Below, one piece after another: positions 24,295-30,066 of a DNA stretch of 30,066 nucleotides. The DNA lies in NCBI GenBank assembly GCA_007132685.1, contig SLOC01000057.1:1-30066 (forward strand), given 5' to 3'. The notes under the pieces are model-generated. The model worked only from the letters and a program-made list of their open reading frames with translations, was not told the origin of the DNA and made no database searches. How positions within the stretch are numbered: the first letter of the stretch is position 1; each line of letters begins with the position of its first letter. The DNA is from Candidatus Saccharimonadota bacterium. Its GTDB lineage: Bacteria > Patescibacteriota > Saccharimonadia > Saccharimonadales > SLHW01. Both the position numbers and the translations under genes were made by a program.

Positions 24295-25509
24295 TTACGA
24301 TTTATAGTTCCTAGTGAGGACTAAGAGTTCACGGCCGACGATTTGTCCTTCTCTATGGTAGATAAGGTCCTGATTTTCAGCGTGAACAAAACTCTGACGA
24401 GTATAGCCCAATCCCTCCAATTTATCAAGGGTTTTTAAGTGGTGCTTCTTCTCATTGATTATCCAACAAGGCACTGCGATGCACATTCGAAAGCCTGGTT
24501 CAGTTTGTCTTGCGACGTTCTTGAGAAACTTTCGATGGATAGTATCGACATCTTGCATAACTTTATTGAGGGTCTTTTCATCTGGCGAGGCAGAGAAAGG
24601 GCGGCCTAGGTAGGCCTCACAAGCGATAGTGTCGAAGGGGAGCTCCCATTCATGAGTAGTGGCATCTGCAGTAACAGTGGTGTATTTTAGATTTTTGAGA
24701 TCGAGACTGTGAGCTAGCCAAGCTAAGTTTGCTTCAGTGTACTCAATCATACGCTTTTCGATATCGCTGCCGTAGGCAGTAAAACCCATCAAAAGCGCTT
24801 CTTGCAATATTACTCCCGTGCCACAAAATGGATCTAGAACAGTCAGGGATATAGGAGCCTGCTCATAAGCAGAGCCTTTGACTTGCTTCTGCTCTCGGCG
24901 TTCTGCTAGATTGATGATGATTTGGGCGAGCTTTGGTGGCAGCATACCGACTTTTGCATCGCGTTTAGGGCGTTTTTGGTCGCGGGCAGTGTAGCTGTCG
25001 ATATCCTGTACAGCTGTAGTTTTTCCGATATATAGCTGGCCATCTTTACCTTGGGCGAGGACAATTTCTGCACCGTTGTCATCAGTGAAGTGATTGTGCA
25101 GTACCTGCGCGCTAGAGAGTGCGAGCGACTTATTGGGTACGATGCGGATTGAGTGACCATGTTGTTTCAGGGTTCGCTTAAGCGCAAAAGTGGTTTTTTG
25201 GAGTTGCCCCAGTGAAACGTTTATACCATAAACACTGATGCCTAAGTGCAGCTTCTTATCGGGCATATCAGCAAGCTGGGTAGGGAGCGTTTCTTTGAGG
25301 TAATGCTCGATGTCTTTCCAGGATTTTTGTGTAGTGACAGCGTAGAGGCGGGCAATTTTTTGGGTGCCGCCGAGTTGAGAGATGTCCGGCTGCCTATCAA
25401 CGAGGGCGATATCTTGTTTGATTGGTGTTACAGCGCCAGCGCCGTAGCGACTTTCGAGCTCTGCCAGGCTGATGGCTGGCTGTCTCCCTAAAATACAGAG
25501 TGATTTCAT
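24295..25509 (-). CDS. Trm11/TrmG10-like class I SAM-dependent (t)RNA methyltransferase (start 25509 preferred over 25518)
   Basis: LCILGRQPAISLAEL start, RDQKRPKRDAKVGMLPPKLAQIIINL, VLDPFCGTGVILQEA, GSDI, ACEAYLG. Confidence 0.7.
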   Translation of the reverse strand: MKSLCILGRQPAISLAELESRYGAGAVTPIKQDIALVDRQPDISQLGGTQKIARLYAVTTQKSWKDIEHYLKETLPTQLADMPDKKLHLGISVYGINVSLGQLQKTTFALKRTLKQHGHSIRIVPNKSLALSSAQVLHNHFTDDNGAEIVLAQGKDGQLYIGKTTAVQDIDSYTARDQKRPKRDAKVGMLPPKLAQIIINLAERREQKQVKGSAYEQAPISLTVLDPFCGTGVILQEALLMGFTAYGSDIEKRMIEYTEANLAWLAHSLDLKNLKYTTVTADATTHEWELPFDTIACEAYLGRPFSASPDEKTLNKVMQDVDTIHRKFLKNVARQTEPGFRMCIAVPCWIINEKKHHLKTLDKLEGLGYTRQSFVHAENQDLIYHREGQIVGRELLVLTRNYKS

Positions 25510-25516
25510 AGATTTC

Positions 25517-25522
25517 ATTGTA
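25517..25522 (-). promoter_or_regulatory. -10 element TACAAT, 7 nt before ATG 25509; probable leaderless mRNA
   Basis: The hexamer overlaps the first ATG (25518), which implies the second ATG is the real start. Confidence 0.45.
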
Positions 25523-25589
25523 CCGCGAATTAGTACTACAATCAGATAATAAATATCGGAGGTTTCTGCGTTATACTAAAAAATGACCT

Positions 25590-26633
25590 ATGACTAGAGA
25601 CAAAGTAGCCCGCCAAAAGAAGATAAAGGCGATTATCACAATCGTCACACTAGTGGTATTGGCTCTAGTTACTTACGGTATTCGCGATCAAATCGGCGAA
25701 ACGATTGAAAACTTACGCACTGCTAACCCGTGGCCAATCCTGTTGATTGTTCCGTTAGCGTTCGCCAATCACTATGGTTTGGGCAAGCTTTATCAGGGGG
25801 TTTTCCGAATTTTGGGAGATCGTTTTCGTACCCGTTCGATGGTACGGCTTAGTTTTGAAATTAATTTTGTAAACAATGTCTTTCCTTCAGCTGGCGTTAG
25901 TGGATTCTCTTACATCGGTCTACGAATGAGAGGCGAGCATGTTGCAGCTGGCAAATCAGCGCTTGTCCAGGTGATGCGCTTTGCATTGGTGTTCATTTCG
26001 TTCCAGTTGTTACTAGGGCTTGGGTTGTTATTCTTGTCCCTCACAGGCGATGTCAATAACTTTGTCATTATGGTGACCGCCTCGCTGGTGACCTTGCTTT
26101 TTGTCGGCACTGCACTGGCGCTGTTTATCATCAGTAGTAAGGCGCGGATTAACGGTTTCTTTACCGGGCTGACGCGTATTGCTAACCGGTTGATTCAGGT
26201 ACTTCGACCGAAGAATCCAGAGACGATCAACATCAGTCGAGTAGAGAAGTTATTTACTGAGCTACACAATAATTATCAACTGGTTCGACACAACCTAACG
26301 AACCTGAAGAAGCCGCTGTTATTCGCATTTTTGGCGAATCTCACGGAGGTATTATCGATTTTTGTCGTATTCTGGGCATTTGGTGAACCGGTTAATATCG
26401 GTGCGGTAGTCATAGCGTACGCTGTCGCTAATTTCGCTGGCATTATGTCGATTTTGCCAGGAGGAGTAGGTGTTTACGAGGGCTTGATGACAGCGGTCCT
26501 CGTCGCCACCGGTGTGCCGGTGGCGATTAGTCTGCCGGCAATCGTGACATTCCGTATTATCAGCATGGCGACGCAAATCCCTATCGGGTATTACTACTAT
26601 CAGCGTAATCTCAGCGAGCAGACGCACATATGA
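25590..26633 (+). CDS. Lysylphosphatidylglycerol synthase TM-region / flippase-like membrane protein (UPF0104/AglD2 type)
   Basis: Multi-TM protein; NFVNNVFPSAGVSG and PGGVGVYEGLM...FRIIS motifs. Confidence 0.8.
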   Translation: MTRDKVARQKKIKAIITIVTLVVLALVTYGIRDQIGETIENLRTANPWPILLIVPLAFANHYGLGKLYQGVFRILGDRFRTRSMVRLSFEINFVNNVFPSAGVSGFSYIGLRMRGEHVAAGKSALVQVMRFALVFISFQLLLGLGLLFLSLTGDVNNFVIMVTASLVTLLFVGTALALFIISSKARINGFFTGLTRIANRLIQVLRPKNPETINISRVEKLFTELHNNYQLVRHNLTNLKKPLLFAFLANLTEVLSIFVVFWAFGEPVNIGAVVIAYAVANFAGIMSILPGGVGVYEGLMTAVLVATGVPVAISLPAIVTFRIISMATQIPIGYYYYQRNLSEQTHI

Positions 26634-27760
26634 ACAACGACCCGATTTATTCGCCGACCGACTTCGTAGCGGTATTTAATCAAACATTGGAGTTTGCCTA
26701 TCCTTCGGTGTTATTGCAAGGGGAGCTGGCTGATTACCGCGTCAGTAAAGGTAAGTGGCTATATTTCAAGATAAAGGACGAGCACGCCTCTGTTCAGTGT
26801 TTCGGCACTGTTATGCAACTACGGCACGAATTGCAAGAGGGTATGATGGTGCAACTCAGGGCTCACCCGCGGCTTCATCCGCTATATAACTTTAGCTTGC
26901 AGGTGCAGTTTATTCAGCCTGTCGGCGAAGGCGCTATCAAAAAAGCGGCTGATATATTGCGTGAAAAGCTACAAAAAGAGGGATTGTTTGACCCGGCCAA
27001 GAAAAGACCCTTGCCATACCCACCCAAGAAGGTTGGCTTGATTACTTCAGAAGAATCAGCAGCTTATCGTGATTTTACGAAGGTGTTAGCAGAGAGGTGG
27101 CCAGGGGTAGAAATCGAGCTTTATAGCGTGCAAGTGCAGGGGGAGCCTGCCGTTAATCAGATAGTACAGGCAATCGAGTTCTTCAGTGCGACGAATAGTC
27201 CCCCAGAAGTGATTGTCCTAACGCGGGGTGGCGGCAGCATGGAAGACCTCGAGGCATTTAGTACTGAGCCAGTCACTCGAGCAGTGGCTGCGAGTAAGGT
27301 GCCTACCATTGTGGCGGTAGGCCATGAAGTCGACGTGAGCCTAGCTGAGTTGGCAGCCGATTTGCGCGCAAGCACACCGAGCAATGCTGCAGAGTTGTTG
27401 GTGCCGAGCCGGCAGGACGCCCTACAGCAACTAGCAACACTTACTGATAGGGCGGATAGTTATCTACTCACCACTTTAACTAAGCAAAAACAGCAAATTA
27501 CCGACAGTATCGCTAGTCTTGTGCGAGCAATCTCGTTGCACCTCAAGCAACAGCGCCAAGATATGAAGAATTATCGCCAGTTACTGGAGTTACTGCACCC
27601 GCGCAGCGCCCTCGAGCGGGGTTATGCAATCGTATGGAACGAGGACGGCGCGGTCGTGCGCAGCAGTGACACTCTGTCGTCTGACGACAAGGTCACAATC
27701 GAGCTGGCTGATGCGCGGATAAAGGCCCTGATACAATCAACACATAAGAAGAAGGAGTAG
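26630..27760 (+). CDS. xseA: Exodeoxyribonuclease VII large subunit
   Basis: OB-fold (QGELADY, YFKIKD), EGLFDPAKKRPLP, VQVQG, TRGGGSMEDL, AVGHEVD, RASTPSNAAE, LERGYAIV. Confidence 0.96.
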   Translation: MNNDPIYSPTDFVAVFNQTLEFAYPSVLLQGELADYRVSKGKWLYFKIKDEHASVQCFGTVMQLRHELQEGMMVQLRAHPRLHPLYNFSLQVQFIQPVGEGAIKKAADILREKLQKEGLFDPAKKRPLPYPPKKVGLITSEESAAYRDFTKVLAERWPGVEIELYSVQVQGEPAVNQIVQAIEFFSATNSPPEVIVLTRGGGSMEDLEAFSTEPVTRAVAASKVPTIVAVGHEVDVSLAELAADLRASTPSNAAELLVPSRQDALQQLATLTDRADSYLLTTLTKQKQQITDSIASLVRAISLHLKQQRQDMKNYRQLLELLHPRSALERGYAIVWNEDGAVVRSSDTLSSDDKVTIELADARIKALIQSTHKKKE

Positions 27761-27765
27761 TACAT

Positions 27766-27975
27766 ATGGCAAAAGAAACAATTGACTACAAGAAACTACA
27801 AGCAGAACTAGAAGTGATTGTTACCGAACTGCAATCGGGTGACCTAGCGATTGACGAGGCGATGAAACGCCACGAACAAGCCCAAGAGATTATCAAAAAG
27901 TTAGAAAAATTCTTAGATGAAGCCGAGCAAAAAATTACCAAGCGGGGTGACTTACGCTCAAGTGAAGGGAAGTAG
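27766..27975 (+). CDS. xseB: Exodeoxyribonuclease VII small subunit
   Basis: 69-aa helical protein, LEVIVTELQSGDLAIDEAMKRHE, directly after xseA. Confidence 0.9.
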   Translation: MAKETIDYKKLQAELEVIVTELQSGDLAIDEAMKRHEQAQEIIKKLEKFLDEAEQKITKRGDLRSSEGK

Positions 27976-27984
27976 GTAGTCCTA

Positions 27985-28482
27985 GTGGCAACGGCAATTG
28001 TGCTGGCAGCGGCACTAATATTTCTGTTTGGATTTGTGGTGCTCATCGGCGCCCCGTACGTACCGACCATGAAGGCGCAGTCAAGTGCCGCATTTGACTT
28101 ACTAAAGTTACAACCAGGCGACTCATTGTTGGAGTTGGGTAGTGGTGATGGCCGAGTAGTCAAGGAAGCAGCCAAGCGGGGCATCTATGTTACGGGTATC
28201 GAGCTTAATCCAGTGCTGGTCATCTGGAGTAAACTTATTACTTGGCGCTATCGAAAGCTCGTGACGATTAAGTGGGGAAATATCTGGTCGACGAAGCACT
28301 GGCCACAAAAAACAGATGCAATGTATGTCTTCTTGCTTGATAGATTCATGCATAAATTGGATAAAAAAGTTGCACAAACATACACTGGCCAGCCGGTCAA
28401 ACTCGTTAGCTACGCCTTTGAGATTCCTGAAAAGAAACCCAAGCAGGAGAAAGACGGGCTCTATTTATACCAGTATCGCTAG
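27985..28482 (+). CDS. Small membrane-anchored class I SAM methyltransferase, FAM173 (ATPSCKMT/ANTKMT)-like
   Basis: N-terminal TM, GAPYVPT, ELGSGDGRVV, GIELNPVLV, YVFL..FM.KL, VSYAFEIP. GTG start. Confidence 0.72.
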   Translation: MATAIVLAAALIFLFGFVVLIGAPYVPTMKAQSSAAFDLLKLQPGDSLLELGSGDGRVVKEAAKRGIYVTGIELNPVLVIWSKLITWRYRKLVTIKWGNIWSTKHWPQKTDAMYVFLLDRFMHKLDKKVAQTYTGQPVKLVSYAFEIPEKKPKQEKDGLYLYQYR

Positions 28483-28501
28483 TGTAAATCTCTAAAGCTT
28501 A

Positions 28502-28510
28502 TGCTATTAT
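28502..28510 (+). promoter_or_regulatory. Extended -10 (TGcTATTAT), 9 nt before ATG 28520
   Basis: Motif and spacing read directly; no SD. Confidence 0.45.
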
Positions 28511-28519
28511 TACTTCGAA

Positions 28520-29275
28520 ATGCCACCTAACAACCAACCAACAGCCCCACCTCCGAATCAGCAGTATCAGGCGCCGCCAGCACCTCAAGGCCCGCCGCCG
28601 CCTGATTATAAATCGGCATCGCAACAGGCGCATGACCATCACAAACTCTATTTATTGTTAGCAATCGTGTTCGGTGTACTGTTCTTGGGTGCAGCCGGGT
28701 TCGGCGTATGGGCTTTTATAGAGCGTAACGAATACAAGAACGAGACCGAAGGCATCGTAGCTAGCGAGGTTGAACAAGCAGTAGCTGAAAACACCGAACA
28801 GCTCGAGGCCGAGTTTACCGAGCGGGAGAAAGAGCCGCTTAGTTCTTACAGTGGTCCGGCCGCGTTCGGTTCCGTAACTGTCGAGTATCCGAAGACCTGG
28901 TCGGCGTTTGTCGATGAGTCAGGCAGTGGGAGCACCCCACTCGAAGGATACTTCCATCCACGGTTTGTCCCTGATCCATCAGGTGATACGTTAATCGCGT
29001 TGAGCGTAGAAGTAGTCAATCGCACATACGACAGGGCCCTGCAACCATTTGAACGCGCTGCTAATCAAGGCAGGGTAGAGATTTCGCCGATAGAAGCGGA
29101 AAATGTCGATGGCGTGCTTGGCACGAGAGTCGATGGTGAGATAGAGCGCGACGTCCAAGGCAGTGTCGTACTGTTTGAGTTGCGTGACAAGACGCTTATT
29201 TTGACGACCCAGTCGACCGAATTTCTTGGTGACTTTAACAACATCATCCTCGCTAATTTAGAATTTAACCCATAG
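28520..29275 (+). CDS. Single-pass membrane protein with a Pro/Gln-rich N-terminus and an acidic extracellular domain (possibly PsbP-like)
   Basis: MPPNNQPTAPPP... tail, TM helix, short coiled segment, then VTVEYPKTWS...LRDKTLILTT beta-rich domain. Confidence 0.62.
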   Translation: MPPNNQPTAPPPNQQYQAPPAPQGPPPPDYKSASQQAHDHHKLYLLLAIVFGVLFLGAAGFGVWAFIERNEYKNETEGIVASEVEQAVAENTEQLEAEFTEREKEPLSSYSGPAAFGSVTVEYPKTWSAFVDESGSGSTPLEGYFHPRFVPDPSGDTLIALSVEVVNRTYDRALQPFERAANQGRVEISPIEAENVDGVLGTRVDGEIERDVQGSVVLFELRDKTLILTTQSTEFLGDFNNIILANLEFNP

Positions 29276-29356
29276 CCCTCGATAGTAGGTTGTTTACTGC
29301 TAGCCGAAGCACTTAGCCATTAGTAGCATCTGGGTGTTCACTGCGGTATACTGAGA

Positions 29357-30066
29357 ATGTATAACGGGGGTAAAAACACCAACAGGATTATGACGTTCGA
29401 GCAAAAAAATGTACCAATGACGGAGCCGGTCGCTCATGAACGATCGCTCGCGTTGCAGCTACAGCAAGCACTTCTGCAGATATCACAATACGCTCAAGGC
29501 AGCACCGTCGATGCTACCGCGATAGAAACCACGGCTCGACGGACGCTTGATTTGATTGATTGTTATCTCGCGGGCTCTTGCGCACCGAACCAGCTTAAAC
29601 TGCAACTTGAGCCGGTTGCACTCGGATCAATCATGCAAGACGCTATGCACCAACTCTACCCAGCTGCTCGCCAGTATGGCTGTCAGTTGTGGCTTAAGTC
29701 TGCTGGTAAAACTGATTTGGTGTATACCGATAAGTCACTTGCCAAGCTTGCTTTTGTCGGACTTGGCCACAGTCTGATAGAAGAAGCCGCCAATCGAGAT
29801 GCCTCACGTCGAGTCGTGTTTGCGATTAAGCCGCACCGCAATGGTCCTATGGCAGGGGTGTTTTCCCCAGGCATGGCTATCAGGTCGCGCTCCCTCCATC
29901 AGCTTAAGGCGTTGCGCGGGCAGGCTACCCGACAATCAGGTGATTTTAGCGGAACAGCCACTGGCGTAGTGCTTGCTGATAAGCTGCTCGACAGGATTGA
30001 CCGTCAATTGTTTGCCACGAGCTTCCAGAGACTTAAAGGGTTTGCAGTGACGTTTGATAAAAGCAC
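29357..30066 (+). CDS. Degenerate histidine-kinase-like protein, truncated by the window end; start uncertain (29357, 29390 or 29417)
   Basis: Hand translation, absent from the ORF track: ...LQLQQALLQISQYAQ...IETTARRTLDLIDCYL...LQLEPVALGSIMQDAMHQL...LAFVGLGHSLIE...GTATGVVLADKLL...GFAVTF. This follows the DHp-CA layout of kinases without canonical motifs. Confidence 0.55.
   Translation, partial: MYNGGKNTNRIMTFEQKNVPMTEPVAHERSLALQLQQALLQISQYAQGSTVDATAIETTARRTLDLIDCYLAGSCAPNQLKLQLEPVALGSIMQDAMHQLYPAARQYGCQLWLKSAGKTDLVYTDKSLAKLAFVGLGHSLIEEAANRDASRRVVFAIKPHRNGPMAGVFSPGMAIRSRSLHQLKALRGQATRQSGDFSGTATGVVLADKLLDRIDRQLFATSFQRLKGFAVTFDKS

Noticed and set aside
24076-24324. 82-aa + strand ORF across the rpmA upstream gap
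   Set aside because: It overlaps both flanking minus-strand genes and runs through a palindromic element; likely incidental.
12-29874. Many short alternative-frame or antisense ORFs in the ORF track (for example 1736-2062, 4364-4789, 7220-7675, 15810-16271, 17850-18743, 27786-28184)
   Set aside because: They overlap well-supported genes and have no recognisable motifs or starts; they are treated as shadow ORFs.
1-30066. Alternative genetic code (UGA=Gly) as in Gracilibacteria/Absconditabacteria
   Set aside because: serS, ftsE and the flippase-like gene end in TGA within ATGA overlaps, and all core genes are full length under code 11.

Overview
A gene-dense housekeeping region with almost all genes on the + strand. 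It most likely comes from a Candidatus Saccharibacteria (TM7, Patescibacteria/CPR) genome using genetic code 11. That assignment is an inference from recalled family features: the L27 N-terminus MSKVKAGGSSKN, a SecA with a GDPQ start and a basic tail, a Trm11-like methylase and a degenerate kinase-like gene. The core gene order is rlmD-rsmE, serS-hpf-secA-(three inserted genes)-prfB-ftsE-ftsX-two coiled-coil cell-wall hydrolases-S41 protease-pyrG-receiver protein, then rpmA and a Trm11-like gene on the minus strand, then a flippase-like protein, xseA-xseB, a small methylase and a truncated kinase-like ORF. I saw no tRNA, rRNA, CRISPR array or transposase. The most notable observations are: (1) a heliorhodopsin-fold protein that lacks the retinal-binding Lys and counterion and carries a histone-H1-like tail; (2) a circularly permuted M23 peptidase beside a CHAP hydrolase that shares a near-identical coiled-coil core; (3) four phased copies of the palindrome ATTATAAT before ftsEX; (4) a multi-hairpin, potentially bistable element in front of rpmA; (5) repeated signs of leaderless transcription. 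All family calls come from motif recognition by eye; no searches were run.
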